The translations under genes and the position numbers were made by a program. Shown here one piece after another: positions 29,851 through 39,328 of a DNA stretch of 64,000 bases (its first letter is position 1; each line of letters starts with the position of its first letter). Source of the stretch: a bacterium (GTDB lineage Bacteria > Krumholzibacteriota > Krumholzibacteriia > LZORAL124-64-63); contig JANOEP010000066.1 in the NCBI GenBank assembly GCA_031441465.1, forward strand, positions 32,001 through 96,000, in the 5' to 3' direction. A model generated the notes under the pieces. It saw only the letters and a program-made list of their open reading frames with translations. It searched no databases and was not told where the DNA came from.

Positions 29851-32800
29851 CCTGCGCGGCGCGGGGGCGATCCCTGATGGCGGCCGCCCTGCTCGTTCTG
29901 ACGGCGGCCGCGGCCACGCTGGCCGAATCGCCGCCGACGGCGGCGACCCGCACCCGCGCCGTGCGTCTGGTCCGCCTGTTCGAGGGCGGGCGGACCGTCA
30001 CGCACCTGACCGGCGACGTGCTGATCGAGCGCGACTCCCTGGCCGTGGCCAGCGACTCGGCCCTCTTCTACGACGAGGAACAACGGTACGACTTCTTCGG
30101 CCGCGTGCGCCTGACGCGCGGCGGCGCGGTGCTGACCTGCGACGAGGCGGCCTACGACGGCGGACTCCGCTCCGCCGACTTCCGGGGCAACGTGCGGCTG
30201 GTCGACGGCGCCGTCACGGCCACCTCGACGCGCGGCGAACTGCGCGACGACGGCGCCCTGCTGCGCCTGATCGGCGACGCCCGGCTGGTCGACCCCGGCT
30301 ATGTCGTCTTCGGCGACACCATCGTGCGCCGCGACGACGGCGGCCGCGGCGAGGCCACCGGCGCGGTGCGGCTCGTCGATCCCGGCAAGCAGAGCCTCGT
30401 GACGGGCGGCCGCGCCGTCTTCGATCGCGCCGACAGCGTGGTCGTGGTCGACCGCGCCCCGCACCTGACCATGCGCGAGCAGGGCGGCGATCCCCTGGAC
30501 GCCGACGCGCGCGTGATGACCTTCCACCGGTCCGAGAACCGGGTCGTGATGGTGGACAGCGTGAAGATCCGGCAGGGACGGACCCGCGCCTACGCCGACA
30601 CGGCGCACGTCCGCGGCCGCGAGCACGTCCTGCTGCGCGGCTCGCCGCGCGTCGAGGACGGCGACGGCAGCACCATGACGGCCGACGGGATCGAGTTCTT
30701 CTACGAGGACGGCGAGCTGGCGCGGGTCCTGCTCACCGGGACCGCGCGCGTGGAAGACAGCCGGCCCGCCGCCCTGGCCGAGCAGTACCGCGGCCTGCCG
30801 GCGCGCAACGAGTTGACCGGCGACGCCATCACCATCCACTTCACGGACGGCGAGCCCCACACCTCGGTCGTCGTCGGCCAGGCGCGCAGCGTCTACGTGC
30901 CGGAGGCGGACCGCGAGGAGATCGCCTGCAACGACGTCGCCGGCGACACCATCCTGATCGCCTTTCGCGACCGCAGGGTGGAGCGGGTCGACGTGCGCGG
31001 CGCCATGAGCGGCCGCTACGCCTTCGTGCGCTTGACCGAACTGGACGACCTGGCCGGCCGGACGGCCGCCGTCCTGGACAGCCTGGCCCCGGGCGGGCTG
31101 GATTCCCTGCTGGCGTCGCTGCCGGACAGCCTGCGCACCGGCGCGACGGCGGATTCGTTGCTCGCCGAAGCCCTCTCGCTGGCCGCCGGCCGGGGCGGGA
31201 TGACCGCGCTCGCGGCCGCGCTCGGCGACAGCACGGGGGGGGCGGCGCTGGTCGCGCGCGCCCTGGCCGCCGCGGCGGCCGACACGCTGGCCGACGGGCG
31301 CCGCGCGCTGGACTTCGCGGCGGCCAGCGAGAAGGTCGAATACACCGGCCGCACGGCCCTCTTCGACCTCGAGCGCAAGCGCATCGCGATCGCCGGTGAC
31401 AGCCGCATGGTCTACGGCTCGATGGACCTGAAGGCGGGCCGCATCCGCCTCGACCTGGCCGACCGCGAACTCTACGCCGCGGAGAACCCGTTGTTGGTCG
31501 ACAGCGGCCAGAAGATGGCCGGCGACGACATGGGCTACGACTTCGAGCACCGCACCGGCGCCGTGCTGTCCGGCGCCACGGCGATGGACGAGTTCTACTA
31601 CGTCGGCGACGAGATCAAGCGCTTCGACGACGGCACGCTCAAGATCCGCTCCGGCCGGATGACCTCCTGCGACCTGGCCGAACCGCACTACCACTTCTGG
31701 GCCGACAAGATGAAGGTCCGCCCCGGCGACAAGGTCGTCGCCAAGCCCATCGTGATGAAGATCGGCCATGTGCCGATCTTCGCGCTGCCCTTCTACTTCA
31801 AGTCGCTCCAGTCCGGCCGCCGCTCGGGGATCCTGTTCCCGAGCTTCAACTTCGGCTGGTCGCAGCGCACCGGACGCTACGTCCGCGACTGGGGCTACTA
31901 CTGGGCGGCGAGCGACTACACCGACCTCACGTTCCGCGGCGACTACAACGAACGCCGCGAGTTCACCTGGCAGCTGAGCAACCGCTACGTGAAGCGGTAC
32001 TCCTTCACGGGCGACGCCAGCTTCTCGCGGCGGTTGAGCCTGGGCGACGAGCCCCGCACCCGCGAGTGGCAGTTCCAGTGGAACCACCGGCAGGACGCGC
32101 TCTTCGACGCCTACCAGTTCCAGACGAGCCTGAACATGTCCAGCCGCACGATCAGCCGCGAGGATCTGCTGAACGACGTGGGCGCCATGGATCAGATCAG
32201 CGGGCAGCAGACCTCCACCGCCCGTGTCAGCCGCAACTGGTCGCTCGTCAGCGCCTCGTTGAACTTCAAGCGCGACGAGTACGTCAACAAGGAGGACGGC
32301 GATCTCGGCACCAACAACCTGGTCGCCTCCCAGGCGTTCCCGAATCTCTCGCTGAACTTCAAGAGCATGTCGCTGCTGCCCCAGTTGCGCCCGGGGCTCC
32401 GGGGCAACTTCCTGGGAGACGTCCTGCGCAGCACGTATTTCCGCAACTCCTGGAGCTTCAACACGCAGACGCGGACCAACGAGACCACGGACAACGCGGT
32501 CCACGCGGCCAGCGGCAGCGCGTCCCTCGACTTCAAGCAGCAGCGGCTGCTCTTCTTCACCGCCAGCACGGGCGTGAGCGCCACGCACCGGTGGAACCGC
32601 GCCACGACCGACGGCACGCTCTACACCCTCGACCCCGTGGACTCGAACTACGTGGCGCGGGAGGTGCGCGAGCGCAGCGAGGAGACCTCGACCAACCTGT
32701 CGATCAACAGCAGCCTGAACACGACCCTCTACGGCGTCGTGCGGCCCAACCTCGGCAGCCTGAGCGCCGTTCGCCACACGCTGCGCCTCGGGATCGGCCA

Positions 32801-33698
32801 CCAGCTCACGCCGGCGATCTCCGGCCGCCAGGGCCGCAGCGAGTCCTTCAGCCTCAGCCTGGGCAACCGCTTCGACGTGAAGCTCCGCGGCGCCGCCGCC
32901 GGCGATTCGATCGCCCCCGACCGCAAGCTCGACGGCGTCCTGGACTGGGGCCTGAGCAGCGGGTACACGCCGGGCGCCGCTCCCGGTCGGCGCTGGGGCG
33001 TCGTCAACAGTTCCCTGACGGTGAAGCCCGGCGAGGCGGCCGCGCTCAAGATCACGGTGAACCAGACCTTCGACCCTGCGGCGCGCCGCGTCACGGGCAC
33101 GCGGTTCTCCTACGGCTTCGGCTTCTCCGGCCGCGTCGATACCGGCGGCCGGGTTTCCGCCATCACCGCCGAGAAGAGCCGGGCGATCGACCGTCTCGGC
33201 GCCGCCGCGGACAGCGCCGTGGTCGAACTAGTCGGCGACGAGGGGGAGCCGGGGGCGGGGGTGCCGGCCGACGAGGGCGACTTCCCCGGATTCGGGCAAC
33301 TCGGCGGCGGGGAGAGGGGCGACGCGGGACGCGACCTGACCGAAGGCGGGCGTTTCCTGCCCTGGCGGGTCAACAGCAGCCTGTCCTACAGCCGCAACCA
33401 CCTGACCGACGACACGACCGCCCGGCTGGGGCTCAGCGCGAACCTGACCGTCACCCGCAACTGGGACCTGGCCTGGCGCGGCACCTACGACTTCGAGGAG
33501 GGCACCCTCACCAGCCAGTCCTGGAACCTGGTCCGCGACCTCCATTGCTGGCAGATGCGCTTCTCCCGCACGGTGAACGCCGTGGACTCCCAGTTCGGCT
33601 TCATCATCTCCCTGAAGGCCATCCCCGACGTCAAGGTGACCCGGGGCAAGTCGGACCTGGTCGGGGGTTACGGCCAGATGACCGGGGGTATCTTCTAA
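29847..33698 (+). CDS. Large LPS-assembly protein: OstA-like repeats fused to LptD-type barrel
   Basis: Signal-like N-terminus; beta-jellyroll-like region; TSCDLAEPHYHF, PIFALPF, RRSGILFP, RDLHCWQMRF; start approximate. Confidence 0.8.
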   Translation: MTCAARGRSLMAAALLVLTAAAATLAESPPTAATRTRAVRLVRLFEGGRTVTHLTGDVLIERDSLAVASDSALFYDEEQRYDFFGRVRLTRGGAVLTCDEAAYDGGLRSADFRGNVRLVDGAVTATSTRGELRDDGALLRLIGDARLVDPGYVVFGDTIVRRDDGGRGEATGAVRLVDPGKQSLVTGGRAVFDRADSVVVVDRAPHLTMREQGGDPLDADARVMTFHRSENRVVMVDSVKIRQGRTRAYADTAHVRGREHVLLRGSPRVEDGDGSTMTADGIEFFYEDGELARVLLTGTARVEDSRPAALAEQYRGLPARNELTGDAITIHFTDGEPHTSVVVGQARSVYVPEADREEIACNDVAGDTILIAFRDRRVERVDVRGAMSGRYAFVRLTELDDLAGRTAAVLDSLAPGGLDSLLASLPDSLRTGATADSLLAEALSLAAGRGGMTALAAALGDSTGGAALVARALAAAAADTLADGRRALDFAAASEKVEYTGRTALFDLERKRIAIAGDSRMVYGSMDLKAGRIRLDLADRELYAAENPLLVDSGQKMAGDDMGYDFEHRTGAVLSGATAMDEFYYVGDEIKRFDDGTLKIRSGRMTSCDLAEPHYHFWADKMKVRPGDKVVAKPIVMKIGHVPIFALPFYFKSLQSGRRSGILFPSFNFGWSQRTGRYVRDWGYYWAASDYTDLTFRGDYNERREFTWQLSNRYVKRYSFTGDASFSRRLSLGDEPRTREWQFQWNHRQDALFDAYQFQTSLNMSSRTISREDLLNDVGAMDQISGQQTSTARVSRNWSLVSASLNFKRDEYVNKEDGDLGTNNLVASQAFPNLSLNFKSMSLLPQLRPGLRGNFLGDVLRSTYFRNSWSFNTQTRTNETTDNAVHAASGSASLDFKQQRLLFFTASTGVSATHRWNRATTDGTLYTLDPVDSNYVAREVRERSEETSTNLSINSSLNTTLYGVVRPNLGSLSAVRHTLRLGIGHQLTPAISGRQGRSESFSLSLGNRFDVKLRGAAAGDSIAPDRKLDGVLDWGLSSGYTPGAAPGRRWGVVNSSLTVKPGEAAALKITVNQTFDPAARRVTGTRFSYGFGFSGRVDTGGRVSAITAEKSRAIDRLGAAADSAVVELVGDEGEPGAGVPADEGDFPGFGQLGGGERGDAGRDLTEGGRFLPWRVNSSLSYSRNHLTDDTTARLGLSANLTVTRNWDLAWRGTYDFEEGTLTSQSWNLVRDLHCWQMRFSRTVNAVDSQFGFIISLKAIPDVKVTRGKSDLVGGYGQMTGGIF

Positions 33699-33773
33699 GT
33701 TGTTCCGTCGCAAGCGTGTGCGATCCTGACCGGAACCGGCGGCGGCGCCCCGGCACGCCACCGGAGCGGGCGC

Positions 33774-33802
33774 TTGCCTGCTCGCGGCGGTCCTGGTATC
33801 AT
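33774..33802 (+). promoter_or_regulatory. Sigma70-type promoter upstream of UshA-like selenoprotein gene
   Basis: TTGCCT (33774) - 17 nt - TATCAT (33797) with extended TGn. Confidence 0.55.
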
Positions 33803-33913
33803 GTTGCAGGAGTGAGGGAACCGGCCGGCCGGCCGGGTGTTCTCCCCGAATTCGGCGGAGCGGCGGCGGCGAGCTGCCGCGGTTTTCTGTACCACGGCAC
33901 GAAACGAGCCGAG

Positions 33914-35269
33914 ATGACCACTAACTCCCGAGCCGACCTGCGCGCCGTGACGACAGCGCTCGTCACCCTGCTGCTGTTGTCGTCCGTGCCCGTCGCGCTG
34001 AGCCAGCAGACGGATCCCAGCTGGCAGCCCGTGAACATCGTCTACCTCGGCGACGTCCACGGGAAATTCGAACCCTGTGGCTGACACGGCAACCCGCGCG
34101 GCGGCGTGGCCCGGCGGGCCACCTTCATCGACGAGACCTGGAACCTGGGCCAGCCCGTGCTGATGCTCGACGCCGGCGACCTGTTCGGCGTGCGTTCCCG
34201 CATGGAGCGCGAGCAGACGCGGTTCCTCTGCGAACTGACCCGGGAGTTCGGTTACGACGCCATCGGGCTGGGCGAGTACGACCTCAACTACGGTCTGGCG
34301 TTCCTGCGCGAGATGATCCAGACCTACGAGCTGCCCTTCACCAGCGCCAACGTCCGCGACGCGGCCGGCGGCAAGCTGATCCTGCCCGAGTACCTGCTGG
34401 TCGAGCGCGGTGGCGCGATGTTCGGCATCTGCTCGGTGATGGACCCCGCGCAATCCATCATGACCATGTCCGCGCAGGAGGAGAGCTTCCTCATCGACGA
34501 CCCGGCGACGGTCCTACGCGACCTGCTGCCGCGGATGCGCGCGGCGGGCGCCAAGACCATCGTCCTGCTGGCGCACCTCGGGGATACGGTGTCGGAGGAA
34601 CTCCTCAAACAGGTCCCCGGCATCGACGTCTGCGTCGTGGGCCACACCCAGCAGCCCTACCGGACCGAGCGCGTCGTGGACCAGACCGCGTTCCTGGCGT
34701 CCTCCTTCGAGGGCCGTTACGTCGGTCGGGCCGAGTGCTTCTTCGGCACTGCCGGCCGGCTCGAGGCCATCGACGTGACGATCGGGGATCTCGGCAAGGA
34801 AGTGGCCGACGACCCGGTGATGGTCGAGCGGGTCGAAGCCGTGAAGCAGAAGCTCGAACTGGCGCGGCTCGCCGCGCGCGGCCCCTACCAGCCCGTCCAG
34901 GGCTCGGCCGACGAGAAGTTCCTGACCGAGCGGGAGTGCCGCAAGTGCCACCAGGCGGTGTGGGAGCAGTTGCGCACCACGCCCCATTCCGCGGCCTTGG
35001 GCACGCTGGCCCGCAAGGGCCAGTCCGACAGCCCCGAGTGCCTGGTCTGCCACACCACCGGCTACGTGCACATCGGCGGCTACGACGACCGGCCGCCCGG
35101 CAACACGCTGGGCAACGTCCAGTGCGAGGCCTGCCACGGCTACGGCACCGAGCACAGCCGCGACGGGAAGTGGGCGGCCCGGGCGCGCAGTTCCTGCGTC
35201 ACCTGTCACGACCAGCAGAACAGCCCGAATTTCGACTATGAAACGTACTGGGCCAAGATCAAGCACTGA
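33914..35269 (+). CDS. Probable selenoprotein: UshA-like (calcineurin-fold) domain with CGU motif fused to tetraheme cytochrome c; in-frame TGA 34082-34084
   Basis: ATG 33914 signal peptide, then LGDVHGKFEPCG-TGA-HGNPRGGVARRA in frame with ORF 34106..35269; DAGD motif; CxxCH x4 (CRKCH, CLVCH, CEACH, CVTCH). Confidence 0.85.
34106..34122 (+). promoter_or_regulatory. Candidate bacterial SECIS hairpin
   Basis: Perfect stem GTGGCCC-GGC-GGGCCAC; loop starts 28 nt after the TGA and begins with G. Confidence 0.65.
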
Positions 35270-36050
35270 CCCGCGGTGCGCCGCGGCGATCGCCGGTGCC
35301 GTCGCCCTGCTGGCGCTCTTCGCGCCGGCCGGGGCGACGGCCCTCGACGTGTTCACGCTATGGCGTCGCGCCGAAGCCCCGCTGTCGCTGGCCGTCGGGG
35401 ACCGGGTCGACTACAACCGCACCACGCTCGAAGCCGGCCGCCGCACGACGGAACTGATCCGCGTCCAGTGCGTGGCGGACGGGCCCGACGGCTGGCTGCT
35501 GGAGATCCTGCCCCTCGAAGCGACGTCGCGCGGACTCGCGCCGCGTCCGGGGGAGGGCCTGCGCCTGGTCCTGTCGCACGACGTCTCCCGCCGCGAGGGT
35601 GATCTCGCCGGGCTCGTGCGGCGCGTCGTGCAGTGGAACGAGGGACGCAGCCGCGCCCTGGACCCGGGGGAGTGGCGTGAGGACCCGCTGACGGCCTCGC
35701 TGCTGGATGTGGATTTTCAGCCCGACGACGTGACGGCGCAGGGAGCGACCACCCGGGTCGTCGGCGGTGTCGACCTGCTCTGCAGCCAGTTCACGCTGGT
35801 GGCCGCCGACACCGCACGAATCACGCTGCCCCGGGGCGAGATGATCCAGATCCATCGGCGGGAGATCAGCGCCGCGGTGCACCCCGGCGTGCCGTTCCTG
35901 GGCCTCGCCTTCGCGGCGGAGCGCTCCGAGACGAGCGCCCAGGTGATCCCGGCCGGCCGGCGCAGTCCGCCGCCGCCGACCCAGAAGGTCGAGACCATGG
36001 AACTCGTCGGCTACGGTCGCGATGCGGCGCCCGTGCTGGCCGGGAGTTGA
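35238..36050 (+). CDS. Hypothetical exported protein
   Basis: Signal-peptide-like hydrophobic stretch; host-like codon usage; no recognised motif; start uncertain. Confidence 0.55.
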   Translation: MKRTGPRSSTDPRCAAAIAGAVALLALFAPAGATALDVFTLWRRAEAPLSLAVGDRVDYNRTTLEAGRRTTELIRVQCVADGPDGWLLEILPLEATSRGLAPRPGEGLRLVLSHDVSRREGDLAGLVRRVVQWNEGRSRALDPGEWREDPLTASLLDVDFQPDDVTAQGATTRVVGGVDLLCSQFTLVAADTARITLPRGEMIQIHRREISAAVHPGVPFLGLAFAAERSETSAQVIPAGRRSPPPPTQKVETMELVGYGRDAAPVLAGS

Positions 36051-36080
36051 ACCGAGCGGTGCGATGTGTTATGATGAATC

Positions 36081-36926
36081 ATGTTGTCGCGTGAACTGAC
36101 CGAACTCCAGGAACAGGCCCGCCTCCACCTGTTGCGGCGCAACGCCCCCTGTCAGGCGCAGGAACTCGCACGCCATCTCTTCGGCCCCGAGCGTCACGAG
36201 ACTCCGGAGGCGGTGCTGGTGGTGCGCAAGCTGCTGGAGAGCCTGCCGGACGTCACGCGCTCTCACGACGGCCGCTGGATCGCCCTGGATGCCCCCTTCC
36301 TCGACGTGCCCCTCGGCGCCGCCCGGCTGGTGGCGGTCGATCTGGAAACGACCGGCAGCCTGATCGGGGTGGACTGCATCATCGAGGTCGGGCTCGCGGT
36401 CTGGGAGTCCGGTCAGGTGGTCCAGCAGTTCAGCAGCCTGGTCCACAACACGCGCCGGGTCTCGCCGCGCATCCGCAAGCTCACGGGCATCGAACCCAAC
36501 CAGCTGCACGAGGCGCCCCCCTTCGAGGAGGTGGCGCCGGTGGTGGCGGATCTGCTGCGCGGCGCCCACGCCTTCGTCGCCCACGACGTCCGCTTCGACC
36601 TGAATTTCCTGCGCTGGGAACTCGAGCGCCTGGGCCACGACCTGCCCGAGATGCCGGGCCTCTGCACGCTGCAGCTCGCGCAGCTGCTGTGGCCCAGCCA
36701 CGACGGCTGGCGCCTGCAGGACCTGGCCGGTTCCTTCTCCGTCACCCATCGTCATCCCCACCGAGCCGGGGAGGACGCCCTGGCGACCGCCGGCGTGCTC
36801 GCGCATGCCGTCGCCGACGCCGCCGCCATCGGTGCGGTCACCCTCGCCGACCTCTTCCGCCTGCCCGCGCTCGTCGCGGTCGACGACGGACGCGACGAGC
36901 TGTTCGCCGCCGACGCCGCCGGCTGA
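36081..36926 (+). CDS. DEDDh 3'-5' exonuclease (DNA Pol III epsilon-like)
   Basis: VDLETTG (ExoI), AHDVRFD (ExoII), HRAGEDA (ExoIII). Confidence 0.85.
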   Translation: MLSRELTELQEQARLHLLRRNAPCQAQELARHLFGPERHETPEAVLVVRKLLESLPDVTRSHDGRWIALDAPFLDVPLGAARLVAVDLETTGSLIGVDCIIEVGLAVWESGQVVQQFSSLVHNTRRVSPRIRKLTGIEPNQLHEAPPFEEVAPVVADLLRGAHAFVAHDVRFDLNFLRWELERLGHDLPEMPGLCTLQLAQLLWPSHDGWRLQDLAGSFSVTHRHPHRAGEDALATAGVLAHAVADAAAIGAVTLADLFRLPALVAVDDGRDELFAADAAG

Positions 36927-36966
36927 ACGGCCGGCCCCCCCGCGGAACTCTTCTCGCCCTCGGTGG

Positions 36967-36995
36967 TTGACGCGGACGCCGCGATGTCATAGGAT
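36967..36995 (+). promoter_or_regulatory. Sigma70-type promoter
   Basis: TTGACG - 17 nt - TAGGAT. Confidence 0.55.
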
Positions 36996-37070
36996 GCCCG
37001 ACGAGTTGCGATGAGACGCTGTGGGCCGGTGGTCTGCAGTCTGCGGATCGCCGGGATCAAGGAGGATACC

Positions 37071-37253
37071 GTGCAGCGACACAGGGAAGAAGCTGGCGTG
37101 CTGGTCCGGGACAAATCATTCGTGAAGTTCGAACGCCTGCTGGCCAAGGCCGAGGCCGAGGGCCGCATCGACGGCGACTACAAGTGCCTGGTGTGCGGCA
37201 TGCGGTATTCCCAGAAGGACGAGGCCGAGATCTGCTGCAAGATCCTTCCGTGA
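37071..37253 (+). CDS. 60-aa small protein with CxxC...CC putative zinc site
   Basis: AAGGAGG RBS before GTG 37071; YKCLVCGMRYSQKDEAEICCK. Confidence 0.7.
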   Translation: MQRHREEAGVLVRDKSFVKFERLLAKAEAEGRIDGDYKCLVCGMRYSQKDEAEICCKILP

Positions 37254-37290
37254 CCTCAGCCTGGCTCCCCGGTCGGGCCGACGGGATCCG

Positions 37291-37824
37291 GTGCGCATCA
37301 TGACCATCCTGCAATACTGTTCCGTCTGCAAGACGGAATACGACATGGCTGTCGTCCCCACCGCCGACGGGGACGACGACGGCGTCGTCTGGCTGCAGTG
37401 CCCGAAATGCAAGGGATTCCTGCCGAAGGTGAGTTCGAGCCTGGCGCTGCGCGGCGGCGGTTCCGCGGCGGCGGCGCCCGCGAGCGCTGAGGGCGCCATC
37501 GACAGTTTCGACGACCACCACGCCGACGACGATCCTGATGACGACCTCGCCGGCGAGTCGCCGCGCGCGGCGTCGGCGCCGGCGGCTGTCGGCGCCCTGA
37601 CCGACGAGGCGGACCCGCTCGCCGACCTGGACCTCGAGACGGCGGTGCCCTACCGCCCGTGGCAGACCTACGCCGAGGGGGATGTGATCCATCACCTGGC
37701 CTGGGACGATTACGGTCTGGTGGTCGGGAAGGAAACGCTGCCGGGCAACCGGCGGGTCGTGATGGTCCGCTTCGCATCGGCCGGCATGGTGCGCTTGATC
37801 GAACAGGACGGCGTGGGGCCGTGA
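37291..37824 (+). CDS. Zinc-ribbon protein with acidic linker and possible Tudor/SH3-like C-terminal domain
   Basis: CSVC...CPKC; Asp-rich linker; YAEGDVIHHLAWDDYGLVV...VRF resembles PcrA/UvrD C-terminal Tudor-like modules. Confidence 0.6.
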   Translation: MRIMTILQYCSVCKTEYDMAVVPTADGDDDGVVWLQCPKCKGFLPKVSSSLALRGGGSAAAAPASAEGAIDSFDDHHADDDPDDDLAGESPRAASAPAAVGALTDEADPLADLDLETAVPYRPWQTYAEGDVIHHLAWDDYGLVVGKETLPGNRRVVMVRFASAGMVRLIEQDGVGP

Positions 37825-38690
37825 GCGGAATGGTCGGGCGCTGCGCGCTGACTGCCGCCTTCTGCTCGCTGCTCGTGTCGGCCGCCGGGGCCGCGGCGCC
37901 CTGGGACGACGACCTGCCCTGGCCCTTCCTCGACGACGGCCGCGCCTTCCGCGTCGCCGCTTCCCGCTTCGACGATCCGGCCTCGGGCTGGAGCCTCGGC
38001 GTGCTGGAGATCGCGACCGTCCTGCGGCGCGACGCCGGCGGCGTCGCCTACCTGCGATGGCCCCACCTGAACTTCGCGAGCGGCGAACAACCGGTCCTGG
38101 TCCGCTGGCCGGACGTCGCCGGCGAGGGCGCGCCCGCGGGTTGGCCGGGGGAGACGCAGGTTTCCGGCTGGGGGCGGCCGGCGGCGGGTTACCTCGGCCG
38201 GACGAAGGCTCCCCTGCTGGGGCCGCTGGCGTGCGGGGCCGAACTCGCCCTGCCCTTCGCCGCCAATTCCCTGTATCCCTTCGCCGCGCGCAGCATCGCG
38301 CTGCGCCTGCAGGCGCGGCGCGCGTGGCGGCTCACCGAGCGGGTCGCTCTGGACGTCGGCGGCGGCCGCACGTGGAACCTGGGTGCGGCGGGTGATGTGC
38401 TCGCTCCGGCCGCGTTCCCCGAGCGGGGCGAGTGGTCGGCGGGGCTCGCCTGGCGGCCGGCGCCCTCGACGGTGGTCGGGCTGACCGCGGTGCGCGGCGG
38501 CGGCGGGCGCGACAGCCGCCGTTGGCGCCTGGCGCTCGAGTTGCCGCTCCATGGTGAAATCCGCCTGCAGGCCGGCTGGACCCGCGAGTTCGCCGGCGCC
38601 TCCGACCGCTTGTACCGCGACGGCTTCTCGCTGGGACTCGCCCTGCCCGCGCTCGCGACTCCCGACGGGAATGTCGACGGGGCGCCTTGA
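37821..38690 (+). CDS. Hypothetical exported protein, possibly beta-rich outer-membrane
   Basis: Signal peptide; alternating-pattern strands; GTGA overlap with upstream stop. Confidence 0.5.
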   Translation: MSGMVGRCALTAAFCSLLVSAAGAAAPWDDDLPWPFLDDGRAFRVAASRFDDPASGWSLGVLEIATVLRRDAGGVAYLRWPHLNFASGEQPVLVRWPDVAGEGAPAGWPGETQVSGWGRPAAGYLGRTKAPLLGPLACGAELALPFAANSLYPFAARSIALRLQARRAWRLTERVALDVGGGRTWNLGAAGDVLAPAAFPERGEWSAGLAWRPAPSTVVGLTAVRGGGGRDSRRWRLALELPLHGEIRLQAGWTREFAGASDRLYRDGFSLGLALPALATPDGNVDGAP

Positions 38691-38715
38691 CAGCCGCGCG
38701 AACTCGCTGTATCAA
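38687..38715 (+). promoter_or_regulatory. Sigma70-type promoter of fur-alr-terB
   Basis: TTGACA (38687) - 17 nt - TATCAA (38710). Confidence 0.65.
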
Positions 38716-38770
38716 ATAGCGTGAACATGGATATCAGAATCACGTTACCCCCAGCGGGAGGTCCGAACAC

Positions 38771-39265
38771 GTGTCGATCCGTAAAGAAGTGGCGCCCGAA
38801 GCGGTCAAAGAGAAGGAACGGGGCTTCCAGAAGTTCATCCAGACGCGCGGGCTGAAGACCACCAAGCAGCGCAACACCATCGTCAGCGTCTTCTTCGGCC
38901 TGAAGGGGCACGTCTCGGTCGAAGAACTGCTGCGCGAGGTCAAGGCCGTCAACCCGCGGATCGGCTACGCGACCGTCTACCGCACCCTGCACCTGCTGGT
39001 CGAGAGCAGGTTGGTGGAGGAGCGCCGGTTCGGCGACGGCCTCGCCCGTTACGAGGGCCACTCGGAGGTCGAGCACCACGACCACATGATCTGCCAGAAC
39101 TGCGGCCTGATCTCCGAGTTCTACAACCCGCAGCTCGAGGCCCTGCAGGAGAAGCTCGCGGCCGAGCACGCGTTCACGATCCATCGCCACCGGCTGGAGC
39201 TTTACGGCACCTGTGCGGACTCCGAGTCCTGCAACAACCGCAAACGCGTCCAGGATGGCAACTAG
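38771..39265 (+). CDS. fur: Fur family transcriptional regulator
   Basis: GLKTTKQR, HVSVEEL, IGYATVYRTL, EHHDHMICQNCG. Confidence 0.88.
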   Translation: MSIRKEVAPEAVKEKERGFQKFIQTRGLKTTKQRNTIVSVFFGLKGHVSVEELLREVKAVNPRIGYATVYRTLHLLVESRLVEERRFGDGLARYEGHSEVEHHDHMICQNCGLISEFYNPQLEALQEKLAAEHAFTIHRHRLELYGTCADSESCNNRKRVQDGN

Positions 39266-39328
39266 CTCCACCGTTCAACCAGGGTGTCCGGCGCGCGACG
39301 CACCACGCCCGAGTCCGGGGATGTCCAG

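Noticed and set aside
34082..34084. Genome-wide TGA recoding (Trp/Gly) as the explanation for the in-frame TGAs
   Set aside because: Many conserved genes here (ltaE, nadE, accD, alr) end at TGA at the expected length, so TGA is normally a stop.
37251..37300. Possible Sec read-through from the 60-aa Cys protein into the next ORF
   Set aside because: The downstream ORF is in a different frame.
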